The notes: generated from the sequence alone by a model not told the origin. Counted from the stretch's first letter, positions 24,195 to 32,691 are shown. The stretch: DNA of 40,246 nucleotides from an uncultured Candidatus Bathyarchaeia archaeon (GCA_964473665.1 CAYYPV010000036.1:1-40246), one strand, 5' to 3'. Translations and numbers: made by a program.

Positions 24195-25401
24195 TAATAT
24201 TAATTCTTTCTTGATTACCCGCAAGCCTTGGTTTGCTCTTTCCATTAATCCATTGTAGTATAGTTGTATAAGGAACTTTTACCTTTTGTTTAGTTTTTAT
24301 GGATAACGAGCTATCTCCATTTAGTTCCCTATAAACCTCCAGAGGCCTCATACCTTTAGTCTTTAAAGTCATTGTTTTATTGTAACATTCCAGACGTTCA
24401 AAGTGATAGTTAAATGACTTCATCACTTTCTCCATACCTTTTAGTTTGATGGTATGAAATAGCGGGATTTTCTCTGAGAATTTAATTAAATTTTCCGCTC
24501 TACCATGAATCGAAAAGTGATAACAAGGATTTTCAGGTGGAGTACGTTGCTCTACCTCCATATCAGTAGTTGTAACTCCAAACTCGTTAAGCAACCTCCT
24601 TATCTGCTCCATAAAATGTCTATGCCCATCCTCTAACAACATATTTTTAGACATACAAAACTCAATAGGTATAGCTGTATGTGCATGACTTATTTTCGGA
24701 GTAGTCATTTCGCTCCCCAGTATTCCAGCGAGAAAATCGCGTTTAACGTCTTTTGAGCCATTCAATATGAACTCTGGAACTGTAAATGGGGTGTCAACTT
24801 TATTCCCTGCAGGCACTCCTAGCGTGCAGAAAAGATGAGCTACCGCAGTATTAGAAATGGTTAAATAATAATTATTATTCTCGCGATGTTTTTTAACATC
24901 TGATATAGTAATTGTCGGAAAATACTTTTTGCTATACGTTTTAAATTTTTCTAAACTTTCTTCCTCTCCATCAAAAAATGATAAATACCGCAAATTTCTT
25001 GGAAGATGGCCATCTCCAAAAATCCAGCCAATCATAAGAGCAAGAAGTGGGAGATGTGGATTGTCAGGAGTTAGAGGATATACATCCAAATCTTTTAGTC
25101 TACGAATATGCTTTTCAATTGGGGGGAGGCGGGTTTCAGAAATCCATTGCTGAATAGTCGTACGAGGGTAGTCTAATTTTTTTGCTATAGCCGTCTGAGG
25201 CTGTTCTTGCTGATGTAACTCTAACACTCTTTGATACATGCCATACCTTTCCTGCTGATGTTCTGGAAAGGTGGAAACGTAATCCGCAAGAGTGAAAATA
25301 CTGAATTTATTCTCATCTTTTTTTGTCTCTATCCGTATTAAAGCCTCTTTAGACATAGTTTCAGTTAAAGCAACAGCATTTCTTTCTTTACCAGTTTTCA
25401 T
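24184..25401 (-). CDS. Free-standing double-motif LAGLIDADG protein flanked by N- and C-terminal HTH-like segments
   Basis: - Motif 1: LLALMIGWIFGDGHL.
- Motif 2: DFLAGILGSEMT. An acidic residue is kept at the catalytic position in both motifs (D and E).
- N-terminal segment: QTAIAKKLDYPRTTIQQWISE.
- C-terminal segment: VPYTTILQWINGKSKP.
- Context: strong GGAGG 8 nt upstream of the ATG, and no flanking rRNA, intron or intein host is visible. Confidence 0.7.
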   Translation of the reverse strand: MKTGKERNAVALTETMSKEALIRIETKKDENKFSIFTLADYVSTFPEHQQERYGMYQRVLELHQQEQPQTAIAKKLDYPRTTIQQWISETRLPPIEKHIRRLKDLDVYPLTPDNPHLPLLALMIGWIFGDGHLPRNLRYLSFFDGEEESLEKFKTYSKKYFPTITISDVKKHRENNNYYLTISNTAVAHLFCTLGVPAGNKVDTPFTVPEFILNGSKDVKRDFLAGILGSEMTTPKISHAHTAIPIEFCMSKNMLLEDGHRHFMEQIRRLLNEFGVTTTDMEVEQRTPPENPCYHFSIHGRAENLIKFSEKIPLFHTIKLKGMEKVMKSFNYHFERLECYNKTMTLKTKGMRPLEVYRELNGDSSLSIKTKQKVKVPYTTILQWINGKSKPRLAGNQERINITNI

Positions 25402-25751
25402 ATTTCGTTAACCTCCTTTTTCTAATGCTCCACCTTTTGTGGTGATGTGTAGCTTTCTGCAGTCTTCGCTTTCGCTGGCTACTCAACGCGTGTTGAATGG
25501 ATAGAACAGTGTAGAGCATATCCAAGCATTTCTATCTATACTAATTGCTTCTCATTTAGGCCCTTTAACCCGTATCCTACCAATGGCGGTCTGGCTATTC
25601 GACCTCTGGTTACCGAAAAATATTAAAAAAGGATAACTAAAAAATTTATAGGCTGGAGTTATTTGGGCAGTTGATTCCACGTTATGTATCCTAATCACTT
25701 TGTTAGACTTCTGCTTTTGTTATTAGGTCTTTTCTTTGGAGCCAGGAAAAT

Positions 25752-26798
25752 TTGAGACAACCATTTTCTGACATGCATTCCGAGCTATCTGCAGAAAAAC
25801 TCATTGACTTAGCATTTTCTCGCGCATCTAAAAAAGAAAAGACTTTCCCTAAAAATATACCGCCAACAGTTAAGGTTAAGCAGAAAGAAGCTGCCAGAGT
25901 CACATCTGTCGGACAACTCTTAGCTGATCGTTTAATGAAAACCGTTAAGGAAACGCCCAAGATTGACGAGATTCATCCATTCTATAAAGAATTAGCCGAC
26001 GTGCTTGTCGGAGTTGTTAAACTGAAAAAAAGTTTAGGAGCATTAAATTGGGCTGCAAAAATGGTTGATGATTTAGCCTATAGGTACACAAAAAGGATAA
26101 ACTACGCTAAAACGATTAACGATGCTGCAAATCTACGAAAGGAAGCTTACGGAAGAATAGCTTCAATAATAAAGCAGATATCGAAAGATTTGGATTTCCT
26201 ACGGGAAGCTCAAGATAAGTTGTTGGCTATACCGTCAATTGATACTGAAATGATAACGATAGTCGTAGCAGGTTATGCAAATACAGGTAAATCCACATTC
26301 GTAAGGCAGGTTTCAACAGCTAAACCGGAAATTGCCGCCTACCCATTTACAACAAAAGAAATCAATCTGGGTCATAGGAATACATCTTATGGAAGATGTC
26401 AAATTATCGATACTCCTGGATTACTTGATAGACCGTTGAATGAGAGAAACAAAATAGAGTTGCAGTCAATCATTGCCCTGAAGTACTTGGCTGATGGCAT
26501 AGTTTTTATGACGGACCCATCTGAAACCTGTGGCTATCCCTTTAGTCGGCAACTGAATCTATATAAAGAAATTCTGAAAGAATTCAGCGATATACCAATA
26601 ATCAAAGTTCTAAATAAAATAGATTTAGCGAATAAAACAAAAATTGAAAAAGCAAAGCAAGAAATAGGGGGAGACTCTTTTGAAGCGATCAGCTCCCAAA
26701 ATATTGGGGTTAAAGAAATTTTCGAAGAAGCCGTTAAAAAAGCAGCGGCAAGAAAAACTAATCTTCAACAGCTGCATTCATCAAACCTATACCCTTAA
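25752..26798 (+). CDS. NOG1-family GTPase (archaeal Nog1/Obg-like)
   Basis: AEKLIDLAFSRASKK is NOG1 N-terminal. G1 is VAGYANTGKSTF, G2 is YPFTTK, G3 is IDTPGLLDRP and G4 is LNKIDL. TTG start, with an alternative ATG at 25773. Confidence 0.85.
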   Translation: MRQPFSDMHSELSAEKLIDLAFSRASKKEKTFPKNIPPTVKVKQKEAARVTSVGQLLADRLMKTVKETPKIDEIHPFYKELADVLVGVVKLKKSLGALNWAAKMVDDLAYRYTKRINYAKTINDAANLRKEAYGRIASIIKQISKDLDFLREAQDKLLAIPSIDTEMITIVVAGYANTGKSTFVRQVSTAKPEIAAYPFTTKEINLGHRNTSYGRCQIIDTPGLLDRPLNERNKIELQSIIALKYLADGIVFMTDPSETCGYPFSRQLNLYKEILKEFSDIPIIKVLNKIDLANKTKIEKAKQEIGGDSFEAISSQNIGVKEIFEEAVKKAAARKTNLQQLHSSNLYP

Positions 26799-27840
26799 CT
26801 GATATCGTGCCCGGGGTTCCCATTTTCCCTTCAACTTGAAACTTTACATCAGCAAGAGCTTCCGCTATCTGTATATTAGTGACTAAGTGAAGAGTAATCT
26901 CTGAAACCTTGAACTGCGACCGTCCCTCCGCCACAGACACGTAAGGTATCAACATATCGCCCATATGCTTGTCAACAGGCATCCTAGAATCCAGCTCCCT
27001 AATCAATTCCTGTGCAGCCTCTTCCCCCACCTTCTCAGCAGGCTTACCTCTTTCACCCAAGGAATCGGAGCCAAGAAGAGCGCCAGTAGTCGTCTCGGCG
27101 CACACAGTTACCCCGCTTCCAGGACCCAAATGTGGATCCTCATCAGACCGATACCACTCAGTTTTAAGCTCTAAGTTGTCATATCCCGCCTCTCTAAGCA
27201 GTTGGACTGCTGACTTAGCCTGTCTATCAGCTACATGGCTAGGGAGCTTAACACAATGGCTTAGCACGTATATTTTTTTAACTTTACCAAATTCTGTAAA
27301 GTTAATTGACTTAAGTTTACGGACTGGATCTATTATCGCCGTGACTCTCCCGCCTCCCTTTGGATAATGACCGCGTTGCTCAACTGCGATTTTGCCATTA
27401 TAACCCATTTTTCCTAACGTAGGAAGAAGAACGCTTAGAACATAATCGATGGAAGGGCTCCATCTGACATTAGTTCCGCCAATCAAATTGACTTTAGTTT
27501 GCTTTGGGGCAAATGCTGCTGCAGGCATTAATGCCTGTAACACTAGTGGAATGCTTCCAGCAGTTCCAATATCAAATGTAAATGAACCTGCGAGTCTTCT
27601 ATGTGGCTCAAAAACTAAATCTTGTGAACCTATCTCCAATCCCGTCACATCTGCATCGGCGATTGTCGCAACAGCCTTTACTCCAGTTAGATGCTGAGAT
27701 CTAAAACCTGGTGGGGACCTTTTTGCTCTTACGTTACGTATGTGTATGCCTTTAGTAAGCAAAGTTGCTAACGCGATGCTTGTTCTAACTAATTGTCCGC
27801 CGCCCTCACCAGTAGAGCCATCGATTTCAATCAAAGCCAA
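26758..27840 (-). CDS. rtcA: RNA 3'-terminal phosphate cyclase RtcA
   Basis: IEIDGSTGEGGGQLVRTSIALATLLTKGIHIRNVRAKRSPPGFRSQHL is the canonical RtcA N-terminus. The DKHMGDMLIPY block contains the adenylylated His region. Confidence 0.9.
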   Translation of the reverse strand: MALIEIDGSTGEGGGQLVRTSIALATLLTKGIHIRNVRAKRSPPGFRSQHLTGVKAVATIADADVTGLEIGSQDLVFEPHRRLAGSFTFDIGTAGSIPLVLQALMPAAAFAPKQTKVNLIGGTNVRWSPSIDYVLSVLLPTLGKMGYNGKIAVEQRGHYPKGGGRVTAIIDPVRKLKSINFTEFGKVKKIYVLSHCVKLPSHVADRQAKSAVQLLREAGYDNLELKTEWYRSDEDPHLGPGSGVTVCAETTTGALLGSDSLGERGKPAEKVGEEAAQELIRELDSRMPVDKHMGDMLIPYVSVAEGRSQFKVSEITLHLVTNIQIAEALADVKFQVEGKMGTPGTISVKGIGLMNAAVED

Positions 27841-27886
27841 TTAATCTCCCTAACTTGTAATTTTTAAGTCTCATTTAAGAAATTAT

Positions 27887-28537
27887 GTGCTGAAGGCTGA
27901 ATTTCAATTGATTTTTATTTACAGTGAAAAAAGGAAAGAAATATGGTTCGGCGTAGCCTTTGATGAAAAACAGAAAATTTGGGCTTCCGCATTCTCCGTT
28001 AAAGGTAAACGTTCTCTTCTATCCTTCATTATAAATCATTTACCGTATAATACGAACTTCACTGAAAATGTAAGGAAGAAACAACTACTCTTCGCTCGGA
28101 ATGTGATTAATGTATTAGAAGCAAGTTACAATGGAAAATGCACGAAAAAATATTTCAATTTCGCATTCGCAAAATTGCCAAAGTTCACACAATCTGTTCT
28201 AAAAACTGCATTAAAAATTCCACATGGATACGTCACGACTTACGGTAACATTGCAAAAGAACTAGGCAAAAAAAGAGCGCCTAGAGCTGTAGGTAATTCC
28301 TTGGCTGCAAACCCATTTCCGCTTTTAATTCCATGCCACAGAGTTATACGATCAAATGGTAAGATCGGCGGCTACGCATTAGGCAGAGAAATAAAGCAAA
28401 GTATTCTTAGGAAAGAACTTGAAGAAAGCCGCAGAAAAAAGCAGAAATTAACAAATCAAGGATTACTTTGGGTAAATAGGTTAAATATCACTTTAAACTC
28501 TAAAATAAAAGAGTTTCCGGGGTTAAACAATGAATAA
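27887..28537 (+). CDS. ogt: Methylated-DNA--protein-cysteine methyltransferase (Ogt/MGMT family)
   Basis: IPHGYVTTYGNIAKELG...RAVGNSLAANPFPLLIPCHRVIRSNGKIGGY contains the PCHRV active site. It has a divergent N-terminal domain and a basic C-terminal tail of about 40 aa. GTG start. Confidence 0.85.
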   Translation: MLKAEFQLIFIYSEKRKEIWFGVAFDEKQKIWASAFSVKGKRSLLSFIINHLPYNTNFTENVRKKQLLFARNVINVLEASYNGKCTKKYFNFAFAKLPKFTQSVLKTALKIPHGYVTTYGNIAKELGKKRAPRAVGNSLAANPFPLLIPCHRVIRSNGKIGGYALGREIKQSILRKELEESRRKKQKLTNQGLLWVNRLNITLNSKIKEFPGLNNE

Positions 28538-28754
28538 AAGTATGATTTGGCGGGGCATATTTATTACATTCGTGGGAGCAGCCCTCCTTTTTGGAACATT
28601 GATGGGCATTTTGTTTCACTTTTACTTCGTAATACGCGGACTGTATGGAGGGGCTATCTTTATTGTAGGCCTTGCTATAATCGCTATAGGGTACTTCATG
28701 AAAGGAGAAGAGCTGGAAAAAAAGGAAAAGGAACCAGAGAAGCAAGTACCTTAA
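28530..28754 (+). CDS. Small two-TM membrane protein of unknown function
   Basis: IWRGIFITFVGAALLFGTLMGILF and GGAIFIVGLAIIAIGYF are hydrophobic helices followed by a charged tail. The ATG overlaps the ogt stop (ATGAATAA). I chose it over two overlapping alternative-frame ORFs. Confidence 0.4.
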   Translation: MNKSMIWRGIFITFVGAALLFGTLMGILFHFYFVIRGLYGGAIFIVGLAIIAIGYFMKGEELEKKEKEPEKQVP

Positions 28755-28779
28755 CGTAAAACGTAAGTGGGATGTTTCC

Positions 28780-28926
28780 TCATTTTTTGCCTACAGTGCT
28801 CTTGGCTTCGTTGTCGATATAATTCTGGATTTTTAGGAGAACAGTAAATGCGAGAAAGCTAATGTTTGTGAGAAATTTGAAGCTGGAGACAAGGAGCAAG
28901 AAGGCTATTAGTATTCCTGAAGCCAT
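28780..28926 (-). CDS. Possible 48-aa membrane micro-protein
   Basis: My translation: MASGILIAFLLLVSSFKFLTNISFLAFTVLLKIQNYIDNEAKSTVGKK. It is below the track size cut-off and I recognise no homology. Confidence 0.2.
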   Translation of the reverse strand: MASGILIAFLLLVSSFKFLTNISFLAFTVLLKIQNYIDNEAKSTVGKK

Positions 28927-28989
28927 AAAAAATGGCAGAACTAAATTGATAACAAGATAAATAGCTCGGGCTACAAAGAAGTTTTTTCT

Positions 28990-29508
28990 ATGATTGGTTT
29001 ATTTGTTGGAAGATTTCAACCTATTCACAAAGGACACATAGAAGTTATTAAAAAATTAATGAATAATGTGGATGAGCTAATCATACTCATTGGTAGCTCA
29101 CAATACAGCCATGTATTAGAAAATCCATTTACTGCAGGCGAACGCATCTCGATGATTAAACTTGCATTAGTCGAATATGGAATTGATCCTGGACGCTGCT
29201 ACATAATCCCTATAACCGATATTAATATGCACCGAGTTTGGGTTGCACATGTAGTAACATACACTCCCAGCTTCGACGTTGTTTTTACTAACGAACCGCT
29301 TACCAGTACACTGTTTAAAGAGGCGGGTTTTCAAGTTAAACCAGTTCCATACTTCAATCGCAAAAAATACTCAGCCACAGAAGTCAGAAACCGTATGTTA
29401 AAGGGAGAAAATTGGGAAGAACTTGTCCCTAAAAGCGTAGTTAAATTCATAAACCAAATTAACGGTGTTGAACGTCTGCGAGAACTTTCAAAATCTGACA
29501 GAATCTAA
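28990..29508 (+). CDS. Nicotinamide-nucleotide adenylyltransferase (archaeal NMNAT)
   Basis: GLFVGRFQPIHKGHIEVIKKL carries the GxFxPxHxGH motif. The C-terminal SATEVRNRM carries the ISSTxxR-like motif. The 172-aa length fits. Confidence 0.88.
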   Translation: MIGLFVGRFQPIHKGHIEVIKKLMNNVDELIILIGSSQYSHVLENPFTAGERISMIKLALVEYGIDPGRCYIIPITDINMHRVWVAHVVTYTPSFDVVFTNEPLTSTLFKEAGFQVKPVPYFNRKKYSATEVRNRMLKGENWEELVPKSVVKFINQINGVERLRELSKSDRI

Positions 29509-30371
29509 TGACTCATAACAGGAATTGTGATCTTAACAGCATCTCCCACTTTGGCTCTAAATTTTTCCGCTGCATTTCCCTGATTCACTGAAATCTCAAG
29601 AAAGTTACTACTGCCAATTATCGCTAGAGGAGTTTGAGTTGGGACTTCATCATATGCACTGCTAAGCTTCAAAACAGTACGTTTCTCCCCGACATTTATT
29701 TTCAATGAAGCTCCATCAGTAATCTTGATTCTCTGCAACAAATCAGCTGAAATATTTGTAGTCGCATTTCCAAAGCTATCAATGTACAATATCTCGCCGT
29801 AAACTTCCCCATTCTTAACATTTGGCTCTGAAAATGGCGGTTTCTCAAAATATTTAACTTCTGGGCCGAACTCGCTTACCTTAATCCCGCTAGCTAGACA
29901 AGCAGCTACTGGCGCGAAAATGTCTCTTCCATGAAAAGTTCTGGACACCTCAGGAAGCACATATTTTTCGTTCGTAATATGGTAAACGTTGGTTACCCCC
30001 TCGATTAGAGCTGATAACATCAACAGACCATTATCTGGTCCCACATACAGACTTCGCCCTGTTTCAACAATTATTGGTCGTCGTTTTGTACCAACTCCAG
30101 GGTCAACTACAGCTAAGTGCACTGCACCTACCGGAAAGTAAGGAGCTGCTGAAGCTAAGATGAAAGCGCCCATGCGTACATTAAACTTTTCAACATCATG
30201 ACTAATATCAAAAATCTTTGCATCTGGATAAATAGATAGAATTACAGCTTTCATTCCAGCAACATAAGGATCTCTCAAACCGAAGTCGGAAAGCAATGTT
30301 ATAATTGGCAACCTAAACTCCACACTGATTTTATTCAATATACGTTTCATATAATTATTTTTTCTACTCAA
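29505..30371 (-). CDS. SAM hydrolase / SAM hydroxide adenosyltransferase family (DUF62)
   Basis: ITLLSDFGLRDPYVAGMKAVILSI, VVDPGVGT and VGPDNGLL are hallmark DUF62 motifs. Confidence 0.85.
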   Translation of the reverse strand: MSRKNNYMKRILNKISVEFRLPIITLLSDFGLRDPYVAGMKAVILSIYPDAKIFDISHDVEKFNVRMGAFILASAAPYFPVGAVHLAVVDPGVGTKRRPIIVETGRSLYVGPDNGLLMLSALIEGVTNVYHITNEKYVLPEVSRTFHGRDIFAPVAACLASGIKVSEFGPEVKYFEKPPFSEPNVKNGEVYGEILYIDSFGNATTNISADLLQRIKITDGASLKINVGEKRTVLKLSSAYDEVPTQTPLAIIGSSNFLEISVNQGNAAEKFRAKVGDAVKITIPVMSH

Positions 30372-30428
30372 ACAACATCTAGCGCTTAATTGGAAAAAGT
30401 TGAAATGCTATTGTAATCATGATTACAA

Positions 30429-31004
30429 ATGCGAGGGGGCAGCGTCTTGAGGCTATTAATTATAGGCGACACACACATTCCTGAACGGGCATCGGTTGTC
30501 CCAAAGGAAATAACCGATAAAATTGAGAGCGTAAAATTCGACTTTATTCTCTGCACTGGCGATTTAGAAGATGAATCCGTTATGCGATATCTCTCACATC
30601 TAGGAAAATTATATGTTTGCCGGGGAAACATGGATTATCCGCCTCTTCCGAAAGAGGTGAAAATAGATTTGAAAAACTTCACCGTAGGCTTAATCCACGG
30701 AGACACAATTTATCCACGTGGCAATCCACGTAAATTGGCAAAAGAAGCTCAAAGAATCGGCGTAGACATTTTAATTTCAGGTCACACTCACAGTCTATCT
30801 GTTCGTGAAACTAAAAATGGTGGTGAGAAACTGCTTCTTCTTGATCCAGGCTCCGCTACAGGAGTATGGGGCGGAGGACCAGCCTCCAAAATTCCATCCT
30901 TCATCATTTTAGAAATTGATAATGAGCATGCTACAATACATGCGTTTGAGCTGGTTGATAATTCAATAAAAGAAACTGTACACAAATTTGAGAAGCAGCA
31001 TTAA
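30429..31004 (+). CDS. MJ0936/YfcE/Vps29-type metallophosphoesterase
   Basis: LIIGDTHIP, CTGDL, RGNMD and ISGHTHS are metal-binding motifs. Confidence 0.8.
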   Translation: MRGGSVLRLLIIGDTHIPERASVVPKEITDKIESVKFDFILCTGDLEDESVMRYLSHLGKLYVCRGNMDYPPLPKEVKIDLKNFTVGLIHGDTIYPRGNPRKLAKEAQRIGVDILISGHTHSLSVRETKNGGEKLLLLDPGSATGVWGGGPASKIPSFIILEIDNEHATIHAFELVDNSIKETVHKFEKQH

Positions 31005-31255
31005 AGTTCGTCTTCATCCTCAATTTCAACGCCAGACTTAAGGGCTTCTTTCCAAAGCTTTAATGTCTCGACAGCTTCTTCTCTGTCAAGAATTGATATT
31101 GCCCAACCAGTATGTACAATCACATAGGTTTCCCCGGGTGTCACTTTATCTCTATCAATAAGTGTCAAGGTAACTTCTCGCTTCACTCCGCCGAAGTCGA
31201 CGATGGCTTTATCGCCCTCTATCTTAACAACCAACCCCGGTATTGCCAAGCACAT
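31001..31255 (-). CDS. hypC: [NiFe]-hydrogenase maturation chaperone HypC/HupF family
   Basis: The MCLAIPG N-terminus has the essential Cys2. The rest matches the HypC OB-fold pattern (VDFGGVKREV...GETYVIVHTGWAI). Length is 84 aa. Confidence 0.85.
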   Translation of the reverse strand: MCLAIPGLVVKIEGDKAIVDFGGVKREVTLTLIDRDKVTPGETYVIVHTGWAISILDREEAVETLKLWKEALKSGVEIEDEDEL

Positions 31256-31328
31256 TAATCCAGCACCTCTCGGAAGTCAATAATATTGGAAAAGTCATTA
31301 ATATTTAGTTTGCTTTTGAGGCGGTTTA

Positions 31329-31991
31329 ATGAAAATCATGGCAGCTTCGGACTTCCACGGAGCCATAACGGCAATCGATAAATTTAATGAAAAAGTTGCT
31401 GATCAAAAACCTGATCTCATAGTAATCTGCGGCGATATAACTAACTTCGGTTCCTACAGCCTAGCAGAAGATCTTCTCAGCATTCTTTCAAAGTCAGGTC
31501 GTCCGATATTCTTTGTTCCCGGAAACTGTGATCCGCCAGATTTGGCTAAAGGTGTAAACATCCAAAAAGTAACCTGTCTTCACGGTGCACATGAAATTTT
31601 TAACGACACAAATTTTGTAGGTGTCGGCGGCTCAAATCCAAGCCCATTTCTAACCCCATTTGAAATAAATGATGACGACTTGCTGAAAGAGCTTGAAAGG
31701 GCTTACTCAAAAGCTAACAGGACCAAAAAACTTGTATTAATTTCACACGCTCCCCCTCTTAATACTAAATTAGACATTTCTAGATTTGGAGGGCATGTTG
31801 GCAGCGCATCAATTAGACGTTTCATTGAACTCGAAAGACCTGCATTGGCGATATCCGGGCATATACATGAAGCGCGCGGAGTAGACATTTCTGGTTCAAC
31901 AACACTAGTTAACATAGGCCCGGCGGTCAAAGGCTTTTATGCAACAATTCTTTTAGATGAAAAAATTAATGTCCACCTGAACTCATTCTAA
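31329..31991 (+). CDS. Calcineurin-like metallophosphoesterase
   Basis: ASDFHG, ICGDITNFG, PGNCDP, SHAPP and SGHIHE are metallophosphoesterase motifs. Confidence 0.8.
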   Translation: MKIMAASDFHGAITAIDKFNEKVADQKPDLIVICGDITNFGSYSLAEDLLSILSKSGRPIFFVPGNCDPPDLAKGVNIQKVTCLHGAHEIFNDTNFVGVGGSNPSPFLTPFEINDDDLLKELERAYSKANRTKKLVLISHAPPLNTKLDISRFGGHVGSASIRRFIELERPALAISGHIHEARGVDISGSTTLVNIGPAVKGFYATILLDEKINVHLNSF

Positions 31992-32029
31992 TTAAAAGAC
32001 GATAAGTCTCGTGTAGAGCGTGAAAAACA

Positions 32030-32560
32030 TTGGATGTTTTTGAAGCTATAAAAATTAGGCAGTCTGTACGTGCCTATGATTCAAAACCAATTCCGAAGGA
32101 TTTACTGCTAAAAATTTTGGAGACCGCGCAGCTTGCGCCATCAGCTGGTAACGCTCAACCATGGCACTTTATAGTTGTAAGTAATAAAGAAAAACGTGAA
32201 AAATTCGCACAGGCGCGTTTTGCAAAATTCTGCTCCGAATCTCCTGTCATTATAGTGGGTTGCGGCGATCAAAACGTCTCACCAAAATGGTACATGGTCG
32301 ATGTTACTATAGCGTTAGAGCACATAGTCTTGGCCGCCACAAATGAAGGTCTAGGAACATGCTGGGTTGGGAGCTTCGACGAAAACGAAGTTAGAGCAAC
32401 ATTGAATATACCTGGGAACTATCGAATTGTCGCTCTTTTGGCACTGGGTTATCCAAGAGAAAAAATTGACATAATGAGAGGACTCCTGCACCTAGTACGC
32501 AACAGGAAAAATCTAGAACAGATTGTAAGTTACGAAGAGTTCGGAAAGAAGACTTTATGA
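32030..32560 (+). CDS. Nitroreductase-family protein
   Basis: FEAIKIRQSVRAYDSKPIP...LETAQLAPSAGNAQPWHFIVV is the classic nitroreductase N-terminal signature. TTG start. Confidence 0.85.
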   Translation: MDVFEAIKIRQSVRAYDSKPIPKDLLLKILETAQLAPSAGNAQPWHFIVVSNKEKREKFAQARFAKFCSESPVIIVGCGDQNVSPKWYMVDVTIALEHIVLAATNEGLGTCWVGSFDENEVRATLNIPGNYRIVALLALGYPREKIDIMRGLLHLVRNRKNLEQIVSYEEFGKKTL

Positions 32561-32691
32561 ATAGGTTTTAAGAAGCGATAAAGGCGAAAAAGATTAAGGC
32601 ATGAGCGGCTGTATGAAAGGCTATTAATACCTCCAAGGTCATAAAAATCAGCCTAAAATAACAAAAATATGTCAACCAGGAAGCATCTAAA

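Noticed and set aside
25560-25617. A tRNA-like fragment (minus-strand GGTCGAAT resembling a T-loop).
   Set aside because: No complementary T-stem, acceptor or anticodon arm can be drawn. This is probably a chance match.
25703-25960. An 85-aa minus-strand ORF spanning the nog1 start.
   Set aside because: It overlaps the conserved Nog1 N-terminus in antisense. It has no motif and no SD.
26965-27697. Plus-strand ORFs (69, 132 and 82 aa) antisense to rtcA.
   Set aside because: They are nested in the strongly supported RtcA CDS and have a Ser/Pro/Leu-rich composition.
28500-28759. Two further overlapping ORFs (28547-28759 on the plus strand, 28500-28745 on the minus strand) at the small membrane-protein locus.
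   Set aside because: Only the 28530-28754 frame gives two clean hydrophobic helices and a start coupled to the ogt stop. The other two are compositionally odd (Arg/Cys/Tyr-rich or Phe/Ser-rich).
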